Source: Xanthobacteraceae bacterium
Lineage (GTDB): Bacteria > Pseudomonadota > Alphaproteobacteria > Rhizobiales > Xanthobacteraceae
DNA: 64,000 bases
Assembly: GCA_049698215.1 (NCBI GenBank)
Contig: JBAVXH010000428.1
Span: 613-64,612 of the forward strand
Reading direction: 5' to 3'
A program made the position numbers and the translations under genes. Below the pieces are notes generated by a model that was given only the letters and a program-made list of their open reading frames with translations, searched no databases and was not told the origin of the DNA. Positions 1-7,967 of this stretch are shown piece after piece; within the stretch, counting starts at the first letter, position 1; each line of letters opens with the position of its first letter.

Positions 1-1
1 C

Positions 2-346
2 CTTCCAAGCGTAGAACGTGACGAACGCGAGGAAGTAGATGAATGCCGCGAGTCCAACCATGTCGAGCAGCGCCCGGACGCGCGCAGAAAGGTGCGTGTA
101 GACGGAGTCAATGCGCACGTGCATGCGATGCACCAGCGCGACCGTGCAGCCCCATGAGCTTGAGACGGCGAGCGCGTAACCGGAGAGTTCGTTGGCGCCG
201 CCCAGCGTAACGACAAGGATCTCGCGCAGCGCGATGTCGAGCCCGATGAGAAACGCCGACACCGTGAGCAGCAGCCCGCAGATCCAACCGCTCACCCGCG
301 CAAGCGTGAACGAGTGCGCGACCAGCCGATCGAGGGCTGCTTCCAT
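2..346 (-). CDS. TRAP transporter small permease (DctQ-like), N-terminal part only; gene runs off the left edge
   Basis: Absent from the ORF track because there is no stop in the window. Manual minus-strand translation from ATG (344-346) gives MEAALDRLVAHSFTLARVSGWICGLLLTVSAFLIGLDIALREILVVTLGGANELSGYALAVSSSWGCTVALVHRMHVRIDSVYTHLSARVRALLDMVGLAAFIYFLAFVTFYAWK, open to position 2. Hydrophobic helices plus an H-V-R-I-D stretch resemble the DctQ family (recalled). Confidence 0.55.
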   Translation of the reverse strand, partial: MEAALDRLVAHSFTLARVSGWICGLLLTVSAFLIGLDIALREILVVTLGGANELSGYALAVSSSWGCTVALVHRMHVRIDSVYTHLSARVRALLDMVGLAAFIYFLAFVTFYAWK

Positions 347-352
347 CTCGGA

Positions 353-1033
353 TCAGGCGACTTTGGCGGGCTTGATTGCTTCGAGATCGCGCGGCCGCAT
401 CATGTTGCCGACGCCGATCAGCGTGTCGGGCTTGAGGAGCCCGAACGCGCCAGCAACGTGCCACCACGAATGATCGGCGTGCCGCACGATGTAGCACTCG
501 GTGGAGAGCCCGATGTGCTGGCCTTCGAGCGAATGCCCAAGTGCAATGTGCGCGATCTCCTCCGGCAGCCCGACCGACAGACACACATGGGCACCATAGA
601 CCGAGTGACGGAGACACGGATCGCCCGCCCGCGAAGGGTCTTCGGCCCAGCGACTGCGGTTCACCGGGTCAAACTCATAGGGCTTGCCGATGTCATGACA
701 CAGCGCGCCGGCAAGCACGATGTCACGGTCGACCTTGATCTCAGGGTGCGACTCCGCAAATTCCTCAACCATCTTCATGGCGAAATGCGCAACGCCGCGC
801 AGGTGCACGGACTGGTCGCCACGCTTGAGCACCATCACGTCCGGGTTGCCTTCGCCCGGCATGTCGCGGATCCGCTTGAACGAGGACCCGGCGAGCGAGA
901 AAGCCCAGCCCTCGACGACCTTGGCGCGCAGCTCGGCGTCCTTGATGTCGTTGATCTCGGGCAGATCCTCAACGATCGAGGCGCGCAGCGCGTCCGTCAC
1001 GGCTCGCCGTTGGATGGGCGGTGTTCCTCGCAT
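353..1033 (-). CDS. HD-domain metal-dependent phosphohydrolase
   Basis: Part of ORF 353..1216. HD motif in ALCHDIGKPYEF, with further His residues (HIALGHSLEG, VRHADH). Start placed at ATG 1031-1033 (MRGTPPIQ); the longer ORF N-terminus is Arg-rich and probably not coding. Confidence 0.7.
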   Translation of the reverse strand: MRGTPPIQRRAVTDALRASIVEDLPEINDIKDAELRAKVVEGWAFSLAGSSFKRIRDMPGEGNPDVMVLKRGDQSVHLRGVAHFAMKMVEEFAESHPEIKVDRDIVLAGALCHDIGKPYEFDPVNRSRWAEDPSRAGDPCLRHSVYGAHVCLSVGLPEEIAHIALGHSLEGQHIGLSTECYIVRHADHSWWHVAGAFGLLKPDTLIGVGNMMRPRDLEAIKPAKVA

Positions 1034-1116
1034 GCTGCTCCCCGATATTCGCGTGTTGACGCGGATCGTATCGGTTTGCCGAGGGCGGTCAATTCGACGG
1101 GCGCAAGACAGCGATG

Positions 1117-1800
1117 TCATGCCGGCATCACGTCCGCGATCACCGGCAGATGATCGGAGTACAGCCGCCCTGCACGATCGGTGAAGCACCGAACGAAGGC
1201 CCTTTGGGGCCGGCAATAGATTCGATCGAGACGCAGCAAGGGGCAGCGGGACGGAAAGGTCCGAAAACGCGTGCGCGCTGGAAAAACGCTCGACAGCACA
1301 CTGCGCACCGATCCGGGCCAGAACCAGTCGTTGAAGTCGCCCATAATGACCGTTGTAAACTGCGGGTCGTTCGCCAACGCCATCAGGGTCTGCGTTTGCG
1401 CGCGACGCTCGTGGATCGAAAGCCCAAGATGCGTTGCAACCACGCGCAGCGGCCCCGACGGGGTGTCAATGCACGTTGCAATGACGCGGCGCGGTTCGCG
1501 CTCGGGGAATGAGATATCGTGAATCTCCGTGGCGCTCAGCGGCCAGCGGCTGATCAGCATCTGTCCGTAGCCGCCGTCTTCTGTGACGATGGACTTTGCG
1601 CCAATGCCGTGCTCTCCGAGCTCGCGCTGCAGGAATTCGAACGGATCGACATCGCTCTGGCGCCGCGAATCGACTTCCTGCAGCGCGACGATATTCGGCT
1701 GCCAACGGTCGATCAACTCGACCACACCGGCAAGATCATAGCGCGGGTTGCGGCCGAGCGTGCCATGAATATTCCAGCTCAACAGGCGAACCGTGCTCAA
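1117..1800 (-). CDS. Endonuclease/exonuclease/phosphatase (EEP) family protein
   Basis: C-terminal 227 aa of ORF 1117..2775: LLSWNIHG...IVALQEVD...VATHLGL...GDFNDW...SDHLPV are EEP-fold motifs. Proposed TTG start at 1798-1800 overlaps the TGA stop (1797-1799) of the upstream PLD gene (TTGA). Confidence 0.7.
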   Translation of the reverse strand: MSTVRLLSWNIHGTLGRNPRYDLAGVVELIDRWQPNIVALQEVDSRRQSDVDPFEFLQRELGEHGIGAKSIVTEDGGYGQMLISRWPLSATEIHDISFPEREPRRVIATCIDTPSGPLRVVATHLGLSIHERRAQTQTLMALANDPQFTTVIMGDFNDWFWPGSVRSVLSSVFPARTRFRTFPSRCPLLRLDRIYCRPQRAFVRCFTDRAGRLYSDHLPVIADVMPA

Positions 1801-3902
1801 CCGCGCCGTCCGAATTTTGCGAACGCCAACTGCACGGTCGCGGCCAGCGAAATCCAGATGATGATCAGCATCGCGAGCAACGCGATGTCTCCCGCGGTTG
1901 GCCCCGTCGCGATGCGCGCGATTTGATGGCCGAGCGCGGACATCAACATCCAGCCGGGCGCCATCCCGAGGATCGTGCCGGCGATGAAAGGACCGAGCCG
2001 GATATCGCTGGCTCCCGCTACGATGTTGACCACCGTGAAGGGTGCGATCGGCACCAGGCGAATGGCCGCGATCGTCACTACGCCGCCGCTCACGATCCTT
2101 CGCTGCACGCGCTTGAGGCGCGGCCCGATGACGGCGCGTAGCGTGTCGCGGCCGAGCGCAAAGCCAAGCGCATAGGTGACGGTCGCGCTCGCGAGCGATC
2201 CCGCCGCCGCGTAGAGGAACCCCAGCACGGGTCCGAACGCTGCGGCCGTCGCGGCGATCAGCAGCAACACCGGGAACGCGACCAGTCCGCCGACGACATA
2301 AACGCCGATGACCAGAAGCGGCGCCCACGGCTGCTCGGCGAGCGCGTTCAGCATCGGGCCGATCTCGGCTGGGCTCGCGACGTGCGAGAGCGGTGGGAAT
2401 TGCCACGCAATGGCCAAGGCCAGCGCAAGCAGCGGAACGGCGGCGAGCTTCGCCCACATCATCCAGCGCGAAGGGCGCGGAAGGCGATCGCGAAAGAAGC
2501 TCTCGATGAGTTTGTCGCTCTCGATGGGCCGCTCGGGATCGGCGACCGCTTGAAGATGCTCGGCAAACTCGCCCTCGTCCGCCTCGCCGTCCTCGATCGG
2601 GACCAGACGATGTCCCCGGCCCGACAGCGTGTCGGCTGCCGCGATCAGGCTCTGCTCCGCCGCGCTCAGCGCCTGTTCGACCGAGACGCCGCAGTGGTCG
2701 GCGAGCAGCCGTGCGCGCACGTATCGGATTCGTGAATGCTCCGCGTCGGACTTCGCCTCCACCACCAGGTCGCATTCGGTGTCGGTGCCCATCGATCGGT
2801 TATTGAGATTGGCGGAGCCGACACGCAGGATTCGGTCGTCGACGATCATGACCTTGGAGTGCACCATGGTATGCGCGACACGCTGGCCCGATCGTATCTC
2901 AGGGCACATGAGGCGCACGCGCTCACTTACGCCAGGCTCACTGAGCGCGCGCAGGAACTGAATACGACCGTTGCGCATCGTGTGGTATTCGAACCAATTC
3001 TCCGGTGTGTGAGGAGCGACAAGCAGCGCTTGCAAATTTGAGTTCGCGCGTAGGCGCTGCGCGAGCGCCTTAGCCATGGCGGTGCACGTCAGAAACTGGT
3101 TCTCGATATAGATCTCGCGTTCGGCGGAAGCGATCATGTCGGCAAACAGCGCCTCGACCTCTCGCACCTCCTCCTGCCCGTTGCAGGCCGGCAGCGTGCG
3201 GGCGATCGAAACCTGAACATCATGAAAGTCAGGAGCGACGTTCGGCCAGGGACTTTCTGCGGGCCTAATTGGAATGTGTTCGCCGGTGGCTCGCTGCCAA
3301 CGTTCGTGGACAAGCTCCGCGAGAGCGCGCGCCGCGTCGCCGTCGACCACCATCTGCACATCATGGAACGGCGGGTACGGCTTGCCTGACGGATCGCGCC
3401 GATGCGGGTCATCGAGATGATGCAACGACGTATCCCAGCGCCGGACCGCGAGATCGAGGCCGCCCGAGAATGCGAGCGCGTCGTCGACCACGATGATCTT
3501 CTGGTGATGCGAGGCGCCGGCGGGTAGCACGTTGTCGAGCCGGAAGCGGATCTGGTCGGGCGTTTGCCAGCCGAGCTTCAGGGAGGGAAATGGATCTCGC
3601 TCCAGCGCATAGAGGATCGCAAAATCCCAGGCGAGCAGATAGACTGTTAGTTCGGGCCGCTTTTCGACCATGCAGATCAAGAATTCGCGCAGCGTGAGCG
3701 GCCAGCCGTCATCGGCCGCGCAGTTCTCGCCGGCGAGTTTGGTGCGGCTGTCGAGATCCCACCCGACAATGAAGACGCTGTGCCGCGCTTGGCAGAGCGC
3801 GTCGCGCAGCGCCGCGAAATACGCAGCCGCATCAATCAGAACGGCAGCGCGGGATGCTGGCTCCGTGCGCCAGCAGTTGTCGCCAAGTCGCAGAATGCCC
3901 AT
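1797..3902 (-). CDS. Phospholipase D-like (two HKD motifs) fused to a C-terminal VTT/DedA (SNARE-associated) membrane domain
   Basis: HKD motif 1 is HHQKIIVVDD; HKD motif 2 is HSKVMIVDDRILRVGSANLNNRS. The C-terminal ~200 aa are multi-pass hydrophobic (LLVIGVYVVGGLVAFPVLLLIAATAAAFG...RLVPIAPFTVVNIVAGAS), typical of DedA/VTT. Start taken at ATG 3900-3902 (MGILRLGDNCW); the ORF track starts 7 codons earlier. Confidence 0.8.
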   Translation of the reverse strand: MGILRLGDNCWRTEPASRAAVLIDAAAYFAALRDALCQARHSVFIVGWDLDSRTKLAGENCAADDGWPLTLREFLICMVEKRPELTVYLLAWDFAILYALERDPFPSLKLGWQTPDQIRFRLDNVLPAGASHHQKIIVVDDALAFSGGLDLAVRRWDTSLHHLDDPHRRDPSGKPYPPFHDVQMVVDGDAARALAELVHERWQRATGEHIPIRPAESPWPNVAPDFHDVQVSIARTLPACNGQEEVREVEALFADMIASAEREIYIENQFLTCTAMAKALAQRLRANSNLQALLVAPHTPENWFEYHTMRNGRIQFLRALSEPGVSERVRLMCPEIRSGQRVAHTMVHSKVMIVDDRILRVGSANLNNRSMGTDTECDLVVEAKSDAEHSRIRYVRARLLADHCGVSVEQALSAAEQSLIAAADTLSGRGHRLVPIEDGEADEGEFAEHLQAVADPERPIESDKLIESFFRDRLPRPSRWMMWAKLAAVPLLALALAIAWQFPPLSHVASPAEIGPMLNALAEQPWAPLLVIGVYVVGGLVAFPVLLLIAATAAAFGPVLGFLYAAAGSLASATVTYALGFALGRDTLRAVIGPRLKRVQRRIVSGGVVTIAAIRLVPIAPFTVVNIVAGASDIRLGPFIAGTILGMAPGWMLMSALGHQIARIATGPTAGDIALLAMLIIIWISLAATVQLAFAKFGRRG

Positions 3903-3972
3903 GGCCTTATAGGCACCGCACAACGGGAGAGTTCCAATCCGCGTGGCGATTTGACCATGCGGCGACGCACAA

Positions 3973-3995
3973 GGGCGGCCCGATCAGGGCCGCCC
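3973..3995 (-). terminator. GC-rich perfect hairpin (9-bp stem GGGCGGCCC / GGGCCGCCC, 5-nt loop) downstream of the lipase gene
   Basis: Read directly from the sequence. It sits in the 133-bp gap between the lipase stop (4056) and the PLD start (3902). No U-tract follows, so intrinsic-terminator function is uncertain. Confidence 0.3.
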
Positions 3996-4008
3996 CTCAA
4001 TAAGCGTG

Positions 4009-4026
4009 CGTTTTCACTCGAAAACG
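4009..4026 (-). terminator. Second small hairpin (CGTTTTC-ACTC-GAAAACG) in the same gap
   Basis: 7-bp inverted repeat seen directly, 30 nt downstream of the lipase stop on the minus strand. Confidence 0.25.
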
Positions 4027-4055
4027 GCTCGTTCGCCCGCGACGGTCCGCCCGCC

Positions 4056-5477
4056 CTAGGCCGTCGCGAGGTATCTGGCGTAGTTATAAGGCCAGTGTTG
4101 CCACCACGTGCGGGTTGTGTCGTCCGGGATCAGCACCGGATCTCTTGGGTCGCGCGCGGGGAATAGATCGCGCGGATAGTATTCGCCCTCATAGACGACC
4201 GGGTAGTGCGCCGCGAGGACATGGGGGACACCCATTCCGACATATTCCATCGAGACCGCCGGCCCTTCATGCGATAGCGCCGAGATCAGGCCTCCCAGCA
4301 CGCCGGCGATGACCGACAATGGAAACGGAAGCTCGGGTGGCTTGTGCTGACCCGATCCCTCGATCATTTCCACCAGCGGCGCAAGTGGCGACGAAAGATA
4401 GAGTCCGGTCGGCTCGGCGTCCGTACCAAGACCGCTGGCAATCGCGGGGTTGATCAAATCCGACATTGCCGTCTTTGTCGGCGGCAATTGCTGAGCGGTG
4501 TCCAGCGAGTTGTCCACGCGATAGGAGAATCCGTCGTTGCCCAGTGCCAACGCATAGTTCGAAGCCATGGGCGTGTTGCAGCTCTTCGGAGTGGCGAAGC
4601 TGTAACATTTCACATTGATCTTCTTCCCGGGCACACCCCCTGCCCTGACCCATGCGGAGAACAGCTGCGCAACGGCGGCACCAAGGCTGTGGCCGGTGAC
4701 ATAGAGGTCGATCTCATCGCCCGGCAAGGTCGACAGAATCGTGCGCAGGTTTAGCGGGATCTGCAGATCGACTGCCAGCGATTCGACGGCCGTCCGATAA
4801 CCGATGTGGATCATCGGAAGCTTTAGCGGAGGCTGAGCCGGCCGGTCGCCGGGCACGACGCCGCTGGGCAGTTCGGCCGCAGTACCAAATGGCAGAGTAT
4901 AATTCTCGTTGCTCACAAGATAGGGCGTGTTGATCGGGCCAGCCGGGACCATCAACGCCGCTTCGTCCTGCATGGCCGCGCCGGGATTGAGCGTTCCGGC
5001 AAATGCGACCGCATAGGCGTTTCTGGCCGCATTGTAGGAAACGATGGCGCCATTCACCGGCGCGCCATTGGCAAGCCTGGAGGTCACGAGTGACGGCGCC
5101 CACGGCCGCAACGAGTCGCTGCTCTGCACGCCAGGACCCCATCCCGCGGGCCAGATGCGATTGGCGGGATAAGGATATGTGCGGCCATCATCGTTGGTCA
5201 GCGGATTGTCCGGGTCCGCCGAGGGAGTCAATCCGATCGGGAATGGAGGAAAGACAACCGGGCCCAGATAGTTCGCCACCACGCACATGCCCAGTAATTC
5301 TTTCGCCTCGTCGGCGGAGAAGCCGAGGATCGAAGGCCGCGGACCAACCGGACTTTCTGAGTCGCGCGTTGCCACGCTGGCCACCTGAGTGCCGCCTGTT
5401 TCGGAAACACTTGCTACGGGAACGCCGGGTTCAGAGGGGCTCTTGCTGCTCTTCGGTGCTTTCATCTTTGCCTCCAT
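4056..5477 (-). CDS. Class 3 (fungal-type) lipase family protein with a low-complexity Ser/Pro-rich N-terminus
   Basis: Nucleophile elbow YVTGHSLGAAVAQL (GHSLG). The N-terminal ~60 aa are KSSKSPSEPGVPVASVSETGG... with no obvious signal peptide. Last gene of the long minus-strand operon. Confidence 0.7.
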   Translation of the reverse strand: MEAKMKAPKSSKSPSEPGVPVASVSETGGTQVASVATRDSESPVGPRPSILGFSADEAKELLGMCVVANYLGPVVFPPFPIGLTPSADPDNPLTNDDGRTYPYPANRIWPAGWGPGVQSSDSLRPWAPSLVTSRLANGAPVNGAIVSYNAARNAYAVAFAGTLNPGAAMQDEAALMVPAGPINTPYLVSNENYTLPFGTAAELPSGVVPGDRPAQPPLKLPMIHIGYRTAVESLAVDLQIPLNLRTILSTLPGDEIDLYVTGHSLGAAVAQLFSAWVRAGGVPGKKINVKCYSFATPKSCNTPMASNYALALGNDGFSYRVDNSLDTAQQLPPTKTAMSDLINPAIASGLGTDAEPTGLYLSSPLAPLVEMIEGSGQHKPPELPFPLSVIAGVLGGLISALSHEGPAVSMEYVGMGVPHVLAAHYPVVYEGEYYPRDLFPARDPRDPVLIPDDTTRTWWQHWPYNYARYLATA

Positions 5478-5526
5478 TGATCGGATTTCTGCGGGTGAAG
5501 GGCGCTAAGCGGTCGAATGTGAGAAA

Positions 5527-6330
5527 TCATGGCGACACATGCATCTCAATGATCTCGCGGGTCAGGCTGTCGTGCGCGTTCGTTGACAAAATGCGATTTG
5601 GGCTCTCGTCAAAGACCTCGACAACACGCGGCACCGACATCGCCTCCGCCAAGGCCAAGCCGAAGCCCTGATTCGCCACGAACAGTTTTGCTGCCGCGAT
5701 GACTTGGGCGAGATCGACGAAATCGGTCGCCTTGTAGAACTCGACGGGAAACCGCGATTCGCAGAACGCAAAATGCTCCAGTTCAAGCCCGACAAAGACC
5801 GTCTTTCGGGCGAACGGCGCCAACATGCGCCAATCGAGTTGTCCCGGGTACCGGTCGGTTTTGCACACGACAATATCGCCGATGTGCTTTGGGCTGATGC
5901 CCGAGAGCCAGGGTTCAAGGTTCGCTTTTCCTGGCAATGAGACGCAATCCCAATGGCACTGAGGCAGATCGACCTCAATCTTGGGAATGATGTTCTCCCT
6001 CATCTGCTCCACGGCGTTGCCGAAAAGCAGGCCCGCGAAGCGGTTGCCTTGGGCGCGCAAGAAATTGAAGACATGAATGCCGCCCGCCTTGTCGCGGAAC
6101 CGGTCCAGGTCGCAGGTTACCAGCCTGCCGTCGTAGAGGGCTGCGTCGTGGATGTAGCTCTGGGTGCGCAGCAGCTGCGTCATCATCTCGGCAGACGCTT
6201 CGCCAAGCGGCGGCTTCTGGAAATATTCGGTGCGATGATCGACGAAGTAGCTACCACCTCCGAGCGCCCGGACGGCAGGAAGGCTGTAGATGATATCGCC
6301 CAATTTGCCGCTGTGCCGGAACGAGCGCAT
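5527..6330 (-). CDS. Hypothetical protein, possibly glycosyltransferase family 9 (heptosyltransferase)-like fold
   Basis: The N-terminus MRSFRHSGKLGDIIYSLPAVRAL resembles the GT9 N-terminal G-D-x-I-x-x-x-P-x-x-R-x-L signature. The C-terminal LFVANQGFGLALAEAMSVPRVV resembles the GT9 donor-binding end. Start at ATG 6328-6330, directly after the upstream stop (6333-6335). Weak, memory-based call. Confidence 0.35.
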   Translation of the reverse strand: MRSFRHSGKLGDIIYSLPAVRALGGGSYFVDHRTEYFQKPPLGEASAEMMTQLLRTQSYIHDAALYDGRLVTCDLDRFRDKAGGIHVFNFLRAQGNRFAGLLFGNAVEQMRENIIPKIEVDLPQCHWDCVSLPGKANLEPWLSGISPKHIGDIVVCKTDRYPGQLDWRMLAPFARKTVFVGLELEHFAFCESRFPVEFYKATDFVDLAQVIAAAKLFVANQGFGLALAEAMSVPRVVEVFDESPNRILSTNAHDSLTREIIEMHVSP

Positions 6331-6332
6331 GG

Positions 6333-7967
6333 TCAGGCCGCCCGTCGCGACAGGGTGCGCAGGCTCTGCGCCAGCAACCGGGGCAGGAACCACTGGATGC
6401 TCCAGCGGACGGCAAGCAAATCAACGAAGTTCAAAGGTATGCAGAAGTCGCGGACGCGCTGGCTCTTCTCGCCAAAACCATTCTTGAGGGCGAATTCGAC
6501 GATAACGCTTTCGATGGTCAGGCCAGGCGCCAGCTCCTCGATCACATCGCCGAGCGTCAACAGCATTTTGCGGTAGATCAGGAAAGAGCTGCTGAATTTC
6601 ACGCCCGCACGCAACAGCCGCTGCAACAAATCCTCAAATGCGCCGGAGCCGGGGATCGATCCGGGTGACAGAGCGACAAAAAATTCCTCGACGACGCGCG
6701 CGATCAACGTTCGGTTTTCGGGGCTCGGAGGCACGCTCAAGACTTCCAGGATCTGCCGTATCCCCCCTTCGTCGCGCAGCGGAATTGCTAACGACAGGAG
6801 AATGAGGAGTCGGCGCTCATCTTTGCTCAGGGCTGCGGTGAGCGCCCAGTCGAGCACCACGATCTCGCCGTCGGGCGTGATCCGGAGATTTCCGGCATGG
6901 GGATCGGCGTGAAGGACGGACAGCTCGTCACACGAGAACAGCGGGTGCGCGGCCAAATTCTCCGCCAGCGCTCGCGCGATGGCGCGCCGCCGTTCGGGAT
7001 CGCCGGGGAACGCCGCAGTGACCTTGACGCTGCGTTCTTCCGTCATCGCGGTGATGGTCGGGGTCGAAAGCGAATAGATCGGCTGTGGAATGCGAAGAGG
7101 CTCGACGCCGCGATATCGCTCCAGCGCCGCCGCCATTGACTGCCGTTCCAGCTCGAAATTGGTTTCCGAGAGGAAAAGATCCTTCACGTCCTCGAGCACG
7201 CCGCGCAAGTTGAGCCGTCCCAAGGTGTAGCGGTGCTGGTTCTCATCGAAATACCGGGCGAGATCTGAAAGCACCTCCAGGTCCTCATGGAAGTATTCGG
7301 GAATGAACGGCTTGAGCACCTTGAAGACACCAACCGCCGGCTCGCCGACCGGCGGGTTGCGGCGGGTAAAACGCAACAGCGCACTGACACTGCCCTCGGC
7401 ATAGAGATTCGGCTCGATCTCGACCTGTTGCTCGATGAGCGCATCGTGTAGCTGGCTCTCGACTTCGCTGCGGATTTCCGGCGCGCTCACCTCGTGAATT
7501 CCGTCTTCCAGCTCCGCCAGCCGGCTACGCAATTCGGGCGCAAGATCCTTGTTGCGGGCGATCGTCTGTCCGATTTTTTGGAGACTCGGAATACGCCGGA
7601 CAAAGACCAGGACACGCTCTTCGGGCCTGGTGTCCGGCGGCAATCTCAATTGCTCGATCAGTTTGGGGATCAACCTCTCGGCCGAAAGCCGCGCTCCAAT
7701 GAAGGCAAAGCCGTCCCGTACGACCGGGCGCCAATTCTCGTAGGTATCCGGGACCAGTTCTTCGACCGGCAGCAGGGCGATGATCAGGTCTTGCACGATG
7801 TCCCGATGAGCCTGCCAGTTCACCTCCGCCAGAGCGCGCGTGGCCTCGTCCTCGGCCACAAGGTCGCCGGCAATCAGGCGCAACAGCGCCGGAGCCGATC
7901 CCTCCGGCAGGATTTCGGCGAATGCGGTCAATGCGGCTTGTTGGGTGCTCGTCAGGACAGCCTCCAC
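6333..7967 (-). CDS. ABC1/UbiB-family atypical kinase (soluble paralogue)
   Basis: LHADPHAGNLRITPDGEIVVLDWA (catalytic-loop-like HADPHxGN plus D-W/F), FKVLKP Lys region. Overlaps the upstream paralogue by 16 nt. Confidence 0.7.
   Translation of the reverse strand: MEAVLTSTQQAALTAFAEILPEGSAPALLRLIAGDLVAEDEATRALAEVNWQAHRDIVQDLIIALLPVEELVPDTYENWRPVVRDGFAFIGARLSAERLIPKLIEQLRLPPDTRPEERVLVFVRRIPSLQKIGQTIARNKDLAPELRSRLAELEDGIHEVSAPEIRSEVESQLHDALIEQQVEIEPNLYAEGSVSALLRFTRRNPPVGEPAVGVFKVLKPFIPEYFHEDLEVLSDLARYFDENQHRYTLGRLNLRGVLEDVKDLFLSETNFELERQSMAAALERYRGVEPLRIPQPIYSLSTPTITAMTEERSVKVTAAFPGDPERRRAIARALAENLAAHPLFSCDELSVLHADPHAGNLRITPDGEIVVLDWALTAALSKDERRLLILLSLAIPLRDEGGIRQILEVLSVPPSPENRTLIARVVEEFFVALSPGSIPGSGAFEDLLQRLLRAGVKFSSSFLIYRKMLLTLGDVIEELAPGLTIESVIVEFALKNGFGEKSQRVRDFCIPLNFVDLLAVRWSIQWFLPRLLAQSLRTLSRRAA

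Noticed and set aside
108-617. 169-aa minus-strand ORF spanning the TRAP permease / HD gene junction
   Set aside because: Arg/Ala-rich shadow frame. It overlaps two better-supported genes (DctQ-like 2-346 and HD protein 353-1033).
1801-2775. N-terminal ~325 aa of the 552-aa minus-strand ORF 1117..2775
   Set aside because: It is extremely Arg/Gly/Ala-rich with no motifs, and it lies entirely inside the PLD-VTT gene in another frame. Only the C-terminal EEP-fold part (from TTG 1800) looks real.
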